NCBI GenBank assembly: GCA_027459765.1
Contig: DAIDHD010000059.1
Coordinates: 499 to 64,498 of the forward strand
Origin: Gammaproteobacteria bacterium
GTDB taxonomy: Bacteria > Pseudomonadota > Gammaproteobacteria > Steroidobacterales > Steroidobacteraceae
Direction of reading: 5' to 3'
Length of the DNA stretch: 64,000 nucleotides
Positions 9,284 through 17,974 of the stretch are shown one piece after another. A program made the position numbers and the translations under genes. Position 1 is the first letter of the stretch. The number at the start of each line of letters is the position of its first letter. Below the pieces are notes generated by a model. It saw only the letters and a list, made by a program, of their open reading frames with translations. It did no database searches and was not told the DNA's origin.

Positions 9284-9904
9284 TCAGGCGCCCGGTGTGT
9301 CGATGAGCGCCGACACCTCGCGGCTGTCGGCACGGCGCATGGGGCGACCGTCGACGGGCGAGTAGGGCGCCTGGCGGATGCCGTCGATCGGAAACACGGT
9401 GGCATCGACGGTGCGGCCACCGGCCTCGAAGCGCAGCGCCGGGTAGGTCACGCTGCGCTCCGAGTCCATCTTCACGCGCCGCTCGTAGAATTCGTGCGGC
9501 ACGCCGATCTCGATCAGCTTGATCGCCACCGACTCGGAGCTGTCGGCGAACAGGTGCAAATTGATGTCGCTGTGGTCGGTGGCCGTGCCGGTGAGCACCG
9601 AGCCGACCAGCCGCGGCTGGAATTCGTCGAGCACGCGCATGGCGTCGAGCGCCGCGCGGCGCTGCGCGCGCAGGGTCTCTTCGTGGCTGTCGCGACCGAA
9701 CAGCCGCTGGCGCTCGCGCAGCGCGGCCTCGATCTCCACGTTCTTGGGCAGCATCGCGCTGCCGTCGTGCACGCCGAGGCGGTCGGCCGCCTTGCGCTTG
9801 GCCTGGCCGTAGTCCTCGATGCCGTGCTCGGCCATCAGCCGCGCGGCCTCCTGCGCCAGCGCGCGCCGCAGGTCGTCCGCCCGGTGCGAGTTTCGTCTCG
9901 GCAT
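9284..9904 (-). CDS. Conserved hypothetical protein, possible nucleotidyltransferase fold
   Basis: The 206-aa ORF has genome-typical GC3. The segment VGSVLTGTATDHSDINLHLF resembles the Pol-beta NTase motif hG[GS]x9-13Dh[DE]h, with Asn in place of the second acidic residue. This is a motif-level match only. Confidence 0.5.
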   Translation of the reverse strand: MPRRNSHRADDLRRALAQEAARLMAEHGIEDYGQAKRKAADRLGVHDGSAMLPKNVEIEAALRERQRLFGRDSHEETLRAQRRAALDAMRVLDEFQPRLVGSVLTGTATDHSDINLHLFADSSESVAIKLIEIGVPHEFYERRVKMDSERSVTYPALRFEAGGRTVDATVFPIDGIRQAPYSPVDGRPMRRADSREVSALIDTPGA

Positions 9905-9910
9905 GCGTCC

Positions 9911-12466
9911 TCAGAATAGCGGCTTGTCGCCGTCGTTCATCCGGTTGCGGTTGGCGGGGTTCTGGTCGCTGCCGGCCTTCGGCAGGCTCCCCTCCATGAA
10001 CTTCTCCATGATGGCGTTCGGGTCGTCGGCGCCCGCCAGCAGCCCGGTGTCCGGCGAGATGCGTGCGGTGACGATGCCGTCCGGCACCGCCACCGGGCGG
10101 CGCGGCATGGCCGCGAGCGCGTCGTGCATGAAATAGATCCAGGTCGGCAGCGCGGCGTGCGCGCCCTCCTCGCCCGCGCCGAGCGAGCGCGCGACGTCGA
10201 AGCCGGTCCACACCGTCGTCACCAGGCCGGCATTGAAGCCCGAGAACCAGGCATCGTGCTGGTCGTTGGTGGTGCCGGTCTTGCCGGCGATGTCGTCGCG
10301 GTTGAGCACGCGCGCACGCACGCCGGTGCCGCGGCGAATGACGTCGGCCAGCATGTCGGCGATCAGGTAGGACACTTGCGGTTTGAGCACCTGCGGCGCG
10401 AGTTCGGCTACCGTTTCGAGCGTGTGGCCGTCGAAGCGGCCGCTGTCGAGGCCGGCGATGCCGGCGTCGATGCGCGCCACGGCCGGCATCACCACCGGGC
10501 CCGTGCCGTTCGCGGCGGTGGCCGTCACGGTCGGCGCCACCGGTGCGGTAGCCGGCGCCGCCAAGGGCGCTGCGCCCGCCGGCGCGGCGGCGGCAGCACG
10601 AGCGGCCGCGCACTCGAAGCAGGCCACCGGCGCGTGCGCCTGTTCCAGCACCTTGCCGTTCGGGTCCTCGACGCGGTCGATCCAATAGGGCGTGACGCGA
10701 AAGCCGCCGTTCGCGAACACGGCGTAGCCCGTGACCATCTGCAGCGGCGTGGCCTCGGCGGTGCCGAGCGCGATGGTCATGTCGTCCGGGACCTGGCTCT
10801 TTTCGAAGCCGAAGCGGGTGACGTAGTCGCGCGCGTACTCCACGCCGATGTCGCGCAGCAGCCGGATGGTGACGAGGTTGCGCGAGTGCGCGAGCGCGTC
10901 GCGCAGGCGCATCGGTCCGAAGAAGTCGCCCTCGTTGTCCTTCGGCCGCCAGGCCTGTTCGCTGCCGGTCGCGTCGAGCACGATGGGCGCGTCGAGCAGC
11001 ACGCTTGCCGGCGTGAAGCCCTTCTCGAAGGCCGCGGCGTACAGGAATGGCTTGAAGCTCGAGCCGGGCTGGCGGCGCGCCTGGGTGACGCGGTTGAACT
11101 TGCTCTGGTAGTAGTCGAAGCCGCCCACCAGCGCCACCACCGCGCCGTCGTGCGGATCGATCGACACCAGCGCGCTCTGCGCCTGTGGAACCTGCACGAA
11201 CTGCAGCCGGTCCGGCGTGCTACCGACGGTATAGATGACGTCGCCCACCGCCATGACGTCGGCGACGCGTTGCGGGGCCCGGTCGCGGGCGCTGTCGGAG
11301 AGCTGACGCCGCGCCCAGGCGATCTTCTCCCAGGGCAGATTCACGGGACCGACGCCCTTGATGTAGATGCGCGCGCTCTTCTCCTCCACCCGCAGCACCA
11401 CCGCCGGGCGCAGGCCGCCGACCAGCGGTATGTCCTCGAGTGCCTCGTCGATGCTCGCCGGCGTACCGAGCGCGCCGGGATCGATCTTCGCGGTCGCGCC
11501 GCGCCAGCCATGACGGCGGTCGTATTCCAGGAGCCCGGTCCGCAGCGCCACCGTCGCCGCCAGCTGCAGCTGCGAATCGAGCGTGGTGTAGACCCGGTAG
11601 CCGGCGGTGTAGATGGCGTCGCCGTACTTGGTCTGCATCTCGCTGCGCACCATCTCGGCGACGTAGGGTGCGTCCACCTCGATGGCCGGGCCGTGCAGCC
11701 GCGATTCCATCGGATAGGCCTTGGCAGCCTCGTATTCCGGGCGGGTGATGTAACCGAGTTCGAGCATGCGGCCGAGGACGTGCGCGCGCCGCGTGGTGGC
11801 GGCGGCCGGGTCCGCCACCGGGTTGATGGCCGAGGGAGCCGAGGGCAGGCCGGCGAGGGTGGCCATCTCGGCGAGATTGAGCTGGTCCAGGGTCTTGCCG
11901 AAGTACACCTCGGCCGCCGCCGCCACGCCGTAGGCCCGCTGGCCGAGGAAGATCTTGTTCACGTAGAGGGAGAAGATCTCCTCCTTGGTGAACTCCGACT
12001 CCATCAGCAGCGCGATGTAGACCTCGCTGATCTTGCGCTTCAGGTCGCGGCGCGGCGTCAGGAACATGTCGCGCGCCACTTGCATGGTGATGGTGCTCGC
12101 GCCCTGGCGAATGCCGCCCGCGCGCGCATTGGCAAGCGCGGCGCGCAGGATGCCCTGCCAGTCGACGCCGTGATGGCGGAAGAAGCGGTCGTCCTCGGTG
12201 GCGAGGAAGGCCTCCACCAGTTGCGGCGGAAGCTGGTCGTAGCGCACCGGGATGCGGCGTTGTTCGCCCACGGAGGCCATCAGGCGCCCGTCGCGGGTGT
12301 AGATGCGCAGCGGCACCTGGAGCTTGACCTCACGCAGGCTCTCGACGTCCGGCAGGGCGGGGCGCAGGTACACGTAGGCGCAGACGTTGGCGAAGAACAG
12401 AAGCGCCGCGACCCCCAAAAGGACGATGAAAATGCGGGATATGAGAACCAGATAACGTTTGGACAC
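9911..12466 (-). CDS. mrcA: Penicillin-binding protein 1A (bifunctional transglycosylase/transpeptidase)
   Basis: The 851-aa product has an N-terminal TM helix, glycosyltransferase blocks (EDDRFFRHHGVD, GASTITMQVARD, RKISE) and transpeptidase blocks (SSFKP, SRN, KTGTT). It is divergent from pilM, as ponA is in Pseudomonas. Confidence 0.95.
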   Translation of the reverse strand: MSKRYLVLISRIFIVLLGVAALLFFANVCAYVYLRPALPDVESLREVKLQVPLRIYTRDGRLMASVGEQRRIPVRYDQLPPQLVEAFLATEDDRFFRHHGVDWQGILRAALANARAGGIRQGASTITMQVARDMFLTPRRDLKRKISEVYIALLMESEFTKEEIFSLYVNKIFLGQRAYGVAAAAEVYFGKTLDQLNLAEMATLAGLPSAPSAINPVADPAAATTRRAHVLGRMLELGYITRPEYEAAKAYPMESRLHGPAIEVDAPYVAEMVRSEMQTKYGDAIYTAGYRVYTTLDSQLQLAATVALRTGLLEYDRRHGWRGATAKIDPGALGTPASIDEALEDIPLVGGLRPAVVLRVEEKSARIYIKGVGPVNLPWEKIAWARRQLSDSARDRAPQRVADVMAVGDVIYTVGSTPDRLQFVQVPQAQSALVSIDPHDGAVVALVGGFDYYQSKFNRVTQARRQPGSSFKPFLYAAAFEKGFTPASVLLDAPIVLDATGSEQAWRPKDNEGDFFGPMRLRDALAHSRNLVTIRLLRDIGVEYARDYVTRFGFEKSQVPDDMTIALGTAEATPLQMVTGYAVFANGGFRVTPYWIDRVEDPNGKVLEQAHAPVACFECAAARAAAAAPAGAAPLAAPATAPVAPTVTATAANGTGPVVMPAVARIDAGIAGLDSGRFDGHTLETVAELAPQVLKPQVSYLIADMLADVIRRGTGVRARVLNRDDIAGKTGTTNDQHDAWFSGFNAGLVTTVWTGFDVARSLGAGEEGAHAALPTWIYFMHDALAAMPRRPVAVPDGIVTARISPDTGLLAGADDPNAIMEKFMEGSLPKAGSDQNPANRNRMNDGDKPLF

Positions 12467-12895
12467 TTAAAACCGTTCTAACTTATTGCCTGGGCGGTAG
12501 TGCAAGGATCATCTTACCGCCGCACACAGGGGCATACTCATCGAAAGGTGAGGACGCAAAGCCACCGGTCCTTTAGAGAGGTTCCGACGCCGCCAGGCAG
12601 CGGGCCCCTCGAGGACAGCGGGGTTGCCAGACCAGCTTCAACCAATCGCCGGCGCGGCGTTGCCGCAGGCGAGACGAGGTCTGTATGACGAGTCGACGTC
12701 TTCCTCATCCGCGCACGGACGCGGCCGTTCGTATGCCGCCCTCAGGCCCCGCCTGCCGCTCAAGCACCCTTGGATTGCGCCGATCGTGAGTAGTTTCACG
12801 GTCTATTTAACAGTTTCTTGCTAACTTTTAATTCGCTAGCTAATCTCGCATCCAAGTTTCGATCTCCAAGACACTGACGCGAAAAGGAAAAATTT

Positions 12896-13960
12896 GTGTG
12901 GTCGTTCGCGAAAAGACAGCGTCCGCTGATCGGACTTGACATAACCACCTCCTCGGTCAAGCTCATCGAGCTGTCCCGGGCGGGTGACCAGTACCGTGTC
13001 GAGTCCTATGCGGCCGAGCCGACGCCCCACAATGCGATCAACGAGAAGGCCATCGTCGACGCCGAGGCCGTCGGCGAGGCCATCCGCCGCGCCGTCAAGC
13101 GCTCCGGAGCGAAGAGCCGCCTCGCCGCGATCGCCATCAGCGGCGACGCCGCCATCACCAAGGTCATCCAGATGCCCAAGAGCCTCGGCGAGAACGAGCT
13201 CGAGGGCCAGGTCGAGATGCAGGCCGACCAATACATCCCCTTCCCCATGGAAGAGGTGAGCTACGACTTCCAGGTGATCGGGCCTTCGGAGAAGGACCCC
13301 GAGATGCTGGACGTACTGCTCGTCGCCACCCGCACCGAGAACGTCGAGCAGCGCCAGGCCGCGGTGCAGGCGGCGGGGCTGACCGCGCAGATCGTCGACG
13401 TCGAAGCGTTCGCCCTGGAGAACGCCTGCTCGCTGATGCGCCACCAGATGCCCGACGGCGGGGTCGACCGGACCATCGCCGTGGTCGATTTCGGGGCGAG
13501 CAGCACGACCTTCAGCGTGCTGCGCGATCTGAAGGTGATCTACACCCGCGATTTCGCCTTCGGTGGGCAGCAGCTCACCGAGGAGATCATGCGCACCTAC
13601 GGGTTGTCGATGGAGGAGGCGGGCCGCGCCAAGAAGGAAGGCGGCCTGCCGAGCAACTACCAGCCCGAGGTGCTCGATCCGTTCATCGACGACATGACCC
13701 AGCAGGTCAGCCGCTCGCTGCAGTTCTACCTCGCCTCGGGCAGCGGCCGCTCACAACCGGACCAGATGCTGATCTGCGGCGGCTGCGCCAACATCCCCGG
13801 CGTCGCCGAGGTGATCTCCAGCCGCGTGGGCGTCGCGGCCGAGCGCGGCGATCCGCTGGGCAACATGAAGATCTCCTCCAAGGCCAAGGCGCAGGCCGTC
13901 GGCCGCGACGCCACCGCCCTGCTCACCGCGTGCGGCCTCGCGCTGCGCAGCTTCGATTGA
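12896..13960 (+). CDS. pilM: Type IV pilus assembly protein PilM
   Basis: The 354-aa actin-like ATPase-fold protein is first in the conserved pilMNOPQ order. Confidence 0.93.
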   Translation: MWSFAKRQRPLIGLDITTSSVKLIELSRAGDQYRVESYAAEPTPHNAINEKAIVDAEAVGEAIRRAVKRSGAKSRLAAIAISGDAAITKVIQMPKSLGENELEGQVEMQADQYIPFPMEEVSYDFQVIGPSEKDPEMLDVLLVATRTENVEQRQAAVQAAGLTAQIVDVEAFALENACSLMRHQMPDGGVDRTIAVVDFGASSTTFSVLRDLKVIYTRDFAFGGQQLTEEIMRTYGLSMEEAGRAKKEGGLPSNYQPEVLDPFIDDMTQQVSRSLQFYLASGSGRSQPDQMLICGGCANIPGVAEVISSRVGVAAERGDPLGNMKISSKAKAQAVGRDATALLTACGLALRSFD

Positions 13961-13980
13961 GGACCTCGTAAAGAGCCGCC

Positions 13981-14571
13981 ATGCCTCGCATCAATCTACT
14001 TCCCTGGCGTGAACAGCAACGCAAGATCCGGCGCCGCGAGTTCGGCGTCGCCGCCGGCGGCGCCGTGATCGCCGCCATCGTCTTCGCGCTCGGCGGCAAG
14101 CTCGTGTACTCGAGCTGGATCGACGCGCAGAACGCCAAGAACAACCTCTTGAAGTCCGAGATCAAGAAGCTCGACGCCCAGATCGCCGACATTCAGGATC
14201 TCGAGACCCGCAAGCAGCGCCTGGTGGCGCGCATGGAGATCATCGAGAAGCTGCAGCGCAGCCGTCCGGAAATCGTGCACCTCTTCGACGAGATCGTGCA
14301 CACCGTGCCCGACGGCGTCTACCTTACGCAGATCAAGCAGAACGGCCGCAAGCTCGAGATCCACGGCATCGCCCAGTCGAGCACCCGGGTCTCCACCTTC
14401 ATGCGCAACATCGACGGCTCGGCCTGGATGGACAACCCGGCACTGCAGGTCGTCGAGGCCGCCAAGGACTCGCCCACCGGCGGCGAGCGCTTCACGCTGT
14501 TCGCCGACACGGTGGGCGTCGACCTGGAGAACAAGGGCGCAACCACGGTGAAGAAGGTGGCCGCCAAATGA
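13981..14571 (+). CDS. pilN: Type IV pilus assembly protein PilN
   Basis: MPRINLLPWREQQRK is the canonical PilN N-terminus. It has a single TM helix and a coiled coil. Confidence 0.9.
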   Translation: MPRINLLPWREQQRKIRRREFGVAAGGAVIAAIVFALGGKLVYSSWIDAQNAKNNLLKSEIKKLDAQIADIQDLETRKQRLVARMEIIEKLQRSRPEIVHLFDEIVHTVPDGVYLTQIKQNGRKLEIHGIAQSSTRVSTFMRNIDGSAWMDNPALQVVEAAKDSPTGGERFTLFADTVGVDLENKGATTVKKVAAK

Positions 14572-15218
14572 ACTTCCTTCAGCAGCTGCAGACGCTCGAC
14601 CCGCGCGACCCCGGTCGCTGGCCGGTGGCCGTGCGCGCCTTCTTCGTCGCGCTCACGTTCGTGGGCTGCGCCGCCGTCGCCTGGTACGTGCTCGTGTGGA
14701 ACGAGGACCGGCCGGTGCTGCAGAAGGCCGAGCAGGACGAGGCCGATCTTCGCCAGCAATTCTCGACCAAGCAGCAGCGCGCCGCGAACCTCGACGCCTA
14801 CCGCGCGCAACTCGCCGAGATGGAGCGCAGCTTCGGCGCCATGTTGCGCCAGCTGCCGGGCAAGACCGAGGTGCCGAACCTGCTCGTCGACATCTCCCAG
14901 ACGGGTCTCGCGGCCGGCCTGCAGGAGAAGCTCTTCCAGCCGGGCAGCGAGCAGAGCAAGGGCTTCTACGCCGAACTGCCCATCAAGATCCGCCTGGTCG
15001 GCAGCTACCATGAATTCGGCGCCTTCGTGAGCGGCATCGCCGCCTTGCCGCGCATCGTGACGCTGCACGACATCCAGATCACGCCGGTGAACGACAAGGG
15101 CGGCTTCGACAATCTGGTCATGGACGTGACAGCGAAGACTTACCGATACCTCGAGGACGAGGGCGGACCGAAGGCGAAGCCCGGTCACGGCGCCAAGAAC
15201 ACGGGAGGTGCGAAGTGA
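14568..15218 (+). CDS. pilO: Type IV pilus assembly protein PilO
   Basis: The call rests on position, size and a TM helix plus coiled-coil architecture. The start overlaps the pilN stop. Confidence 0.88.
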   Translation: MNFLQQLQTLDPRDPGRWPVAVRAFFVALTFVGCAAVAWYVLVWNEDRPVLQKAEQDEADLRQQFSTKQQRAANLDAYRAQLAEMERSFGAMLRQLPGKTEVPNLLVDISQTGLAAGLQEKLFQPGSEQSKGFYAELPIKIRLVGSYHEFGAFVSGIAALPRIVTLHDIQITPVNDKGGFDNLVMDVTAKTYRYLEDEGGPKAKPGHGAKNTGGAK

Positions 15219-15751
15219 AGCCCCCCCTGAGCAACCGGCCCGTTCCGCGCGCGCTGTTCCTGGTTCTCAACGTAGGCGCCGCGGCGCTGCTCGTCGCCGG
15301 ATGTTCGGGCGGCCAGGCGGATCTGCAGAAGTGGATCGCCGACACCAAGAAGCACCCGGGCGGGCGCATCGCGCCGCTCCCCGAGGTCAAGCCGTACGAG
15401 ACCTTCGCCTACTCCGCGGCGTCGCTGCGCTCGCCGTTCCAGCCCCAGGGACAGACCGGAAACGGTGCGGCCATGCAACGGCGCAACGAGCAGCGCAACC
15501 GCGAGTTTCTGGAGAACTTCCCGCTCGACTCGCTCAAGATGGTCGGCACCATGCAGGTCGGCGGCCGGCTCTACGGTCTCGTGAAGTCGAAGGATGGACT
15601 CGTTCACAAGGTTCTGCCGGGCAATTACCTCGGCCAGAACGACGGCAAGATCAACCAGATCAGCAGCAGCAAGATCAGTCTCACCGAGATCATCCCCGAT
15701 GGTCTCGGCGGCTACATCGAGCGACCGGCCTCGTTGGCGCTCGCCAACTGA
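15215..15751 (+). CDS. pilP: Type IV pilus assembly lipoprotein PilP
   Basis: Lipobox LLVAGC. The call also rests on position between pilO and pilQ. The start overlaps the pilO stop. Confidence 0.85.
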   Translation: MKPPLSNRPVPRALFLVLNVGAAALLVAGCSGGQADLQKWIADTKKHPGGRIAPLPEVKPYETFAYSAASLRSPFQPQGQTGNGAAMQRRNEQRNREFLENFPLDSLKMVGTMQVGGRLYGLVKSKDGLVHKVLPGNYLGQNDGKINQISSSKISLTEIIPDGLGGYIERPASLALAN

Positions 15752-15773
15752 GGCTTCGAGGGAGAACCTGAGG

Positions 15774-17936
15774 ATGACCAAGATGCAGGCAGGAAGGGCG
15801 ATGCTCACGGCATGGGCGCTCGCGGTGGCGTCCCTCGCGGCGCACGCCGCCGACCCGGTGAAGCTCGAATCCATCGACGTGCAGACGACGGGGCAGCAGG
15901 TGCAGCTCAAGCTGCACCTGAGCGGTCCCGCGCCGCAGCCGCTGCCGTTCACCATCGACAAGCCCGCGCGAATCGCCCTCGACTTGCCGAATACCGAGCT
16001 TGCGCTCGCTTCGCGGCGCGTGGACGTGCACTCCGGCGGCGTCGAGACCGTGCTTGCGGCCGAGGCCAACGGCCGCACGCGCGTGGTGGTGGACGTCGAC
16101 TCGCTGCTTCCCTACGCGACGCAGGTGAGCGGTAACGACGTACTGGTCACCATCGGCGGCCAGACGGCCGCCGCGGCCGCCGACTCGGGCGCGCGCAGCG
16201 CCGCCGCCAGACCTGCGCCGGGGGCGGGACCCGCCGCCGCGCCGGAACGGGCCATCCGCACCATCGACTTTCGCCGCGGCTCCGACGGCACCGGCCGCGT
16301 CATCGTCGAACTCACCGATCCGCGCACGCCCGTCAACGTGCGCCAGGAAGGCAATCAGGTGGTGGTCGACTTCGCCGGCGCCCTTTTGCCCAAGAACCTG
16401 ATGCGCCGCTACGACGTCACCGATTTCGCCACCCCGGTGAAGAGCGTGGACGCCCTGCGCGTCGACTCCAACTCGCGGCTCGTGATCAGCGCCCAGGGCG
16501 ATTTCGAACAGCTCGCCTACCAGTCCGACGCCCAATACGTGGTCGAGATCAAGCCCTCGAACAAGCGCGCCGCGGCCGACGAGAAGAAGGAGTACACGGG
16601 CGAGCGCCTGACGCTCAACTTCCAGGACATCGACGTACGCTCGGTGCTGCAGCTGCTGGCCGACACCAGCGGCCAGAACATCGTGGTCAGCGACTCGGTC
16701 ACCGGCAGCCTGACGCTGCGGCTGCAGAACGTGCCCTGGGACCAGGCCCTCGACATCGTGCTGCGCACCAAGGGCCTCGACAAGCGTCGCCAGGACAACG
16801 TCATCATCATCGGCCCCACCGAGGAGTTGGCGGCGCGCGAGAAGGCGGCGCTCGCCGCACACAAGGAAGTGCAGGAGCTGTCGCCGATCCGCACCGAATT
16901 CATCCAGGTCAACTACGCCAAGGTCGCCGACCTCGCCAAGCTGATCCGCGGCCAGGCCGGTGGCGTGTCCGGCGGCGCCGGCGGTGGCAAGCAGAGCATG
17001 CTGTCGCAGCGCGGTACGCTGTCCATCGACGAGCGCACCAACACGCTGATCGTGCAGGACACGGCCGAGAGCCTGGCCGACATCCACCGGCTGGTTCAGA
17101 GCCTGGACGTGCCGGTGCGGCAGGTGCTCATCGAGGCGCGCATCGTCATCGTCAGTGACAGCTTCGAGCGCGACCTGGGCGCCCGCTTCGGCATCACGAC
17201 CGCGCAGAAGAACGGCGCCAACGGCCTGATCTCCGTCACCGGCAACGGCACCGGCGCGGACACCATGTCGCAGTCCGCCATCTCGAACCTGTCGACCACG
17301 GGGTCGGCGTTCCCGGTCGCGACGCCGGCGCTCGCCAACCGCTACATGGTGAACGTGCCGGCCGCGAACACCAACGGCAGCATCGGCATCGGCATCCTGG
17401 GCGGCAGCTTCCTCGTGGACCTGGAGTTGTCGGCGGCGCAGAACGAAGGCCGCAGCCAGACCATCTCCTCGCCGCGCGTGATCACCGCCAACCAGAAACA
17501 GGCGACGATCATGCAGGGTGTCGAGATTCCCTACCAGGAATCCGCCTCCAGCGGCGCCACCACCACGCAGTTCAAGGACGCGGTGCTGAAGCTCATGGTG
17601 ACCCCGCTGATCACGCCCGACAATCGCGTGATCCTCGACCTGAACGTGAGCGACGACGCCGTCGGCCAGCAGGTCACCAGCGCCACCGGCGGCTCGGTGC
17701 CCTCGATCGACACCCGCCAGATCATCACCCAGGTGCTGGTCGGCGACGGCCAGACCGTGGTGCTCGGCGGCATTCTCGACACCACCAAGTCGAAGGCGGC
17801 GCAGAAAGTGCCGTTCTTCGGCGACATCCCGGTGCTCGGAAGCCTCTTCCGCAGCACCACGGACATCAACAACAAGACCGAACTCCTGATCTTCATCACG
17901 CCGAAGATTCTGCGTGAGGGATCGAATCTCTACTGA
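15774..17936 (+). CDS. pilQ: Type IV pilus secretin PilQ
   Basis: In-frame ATG at 15774 in ORF 15594..17936 (MTKMQAGRAML..., signal peptide). It has AMIN-like N-terminal repeats and a secretin C-terminus (VPFFGDIPVLGSLFR, ELLIFITPKIL). Confidence 0.95.
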   Translation: MTKMQAGRAMLTAWALAVASLAAHAADPVKLESIDVQTTGQQVQLKLHLSGPAPQPLPFTIDKPARIALDLPNTELALASRRVDVHSGGVETVLAAEANGRTRVVVDVDSLLPYATQVSGNDVLVTIGGQTAAAAADSGARSAAARPAPGAGPAAAPERAIRTIDFRRGSDGTGRVIVELTDPRTPVNVRQEGNQVVVDFAGALLPKNLMRRYDVTDFATPVKSVDALRVDSNSRLVISAQGDFEQLAYQSDAQYVVEIKPSNKRAAADEKKEYTGERLTLNFQDIDVRSVLQLLADTSGQNIVVSDSVTGSLTLRLQNVPWDQALDIVLRTKGLDKRRQDNVIIIGPTEELAAREKAALAAHKEVQELSPIRTEFIQVNYAKVADLAKLIRGQAGGVSGGAGGGKQSMLSQRGTLSIDERTNTLIVQDTAESLADIHRLVQSLDVPVRQVLIEARIVIVSDSFERDLGARFGITTAQKNGANGLISVTGNGTGADTMSQSAISNLSTTGSAFPVATPALANRYMVNVPAANTNGSIGIGILGGSFLVDLELSAAQNEGRSQTISSPRVITANQKQATIMQGVEIPYQESASSGATTTQFKDAVLKLMVTPLITPDNRVILDLNVSDDAVGQQVTSATGGSVPSIDTRQIITQVLVGDGQTVVLGGILDTTKSKAAQKVPFFGDIPVLGSLFRSTTDINNKTELLIFITPKILREGSNLY

Positions 17937-17974
17937 TGCGCGGCGCAGGCACGCGCTGCATGAGGATGGCACAG

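Noticed and set aside
9204-12481. Long ORFs 9204..10685 (-) and 10124..12481 (+) overlapping mrcA
   Set aside because: They are off-frame or antisense to PBP1A, which has all the expected motifs. Their composition is Arg/Gly/Ala-dominated.
12500-12824. Track ORFs 12500..12688 and 12624..12824, and a 34-codon ORF starting near 12686, in the mrcA-pilM spacer
   Set aside because: They have weak third-position GC bias compared with real genes, no convincing RBS and no motifs.
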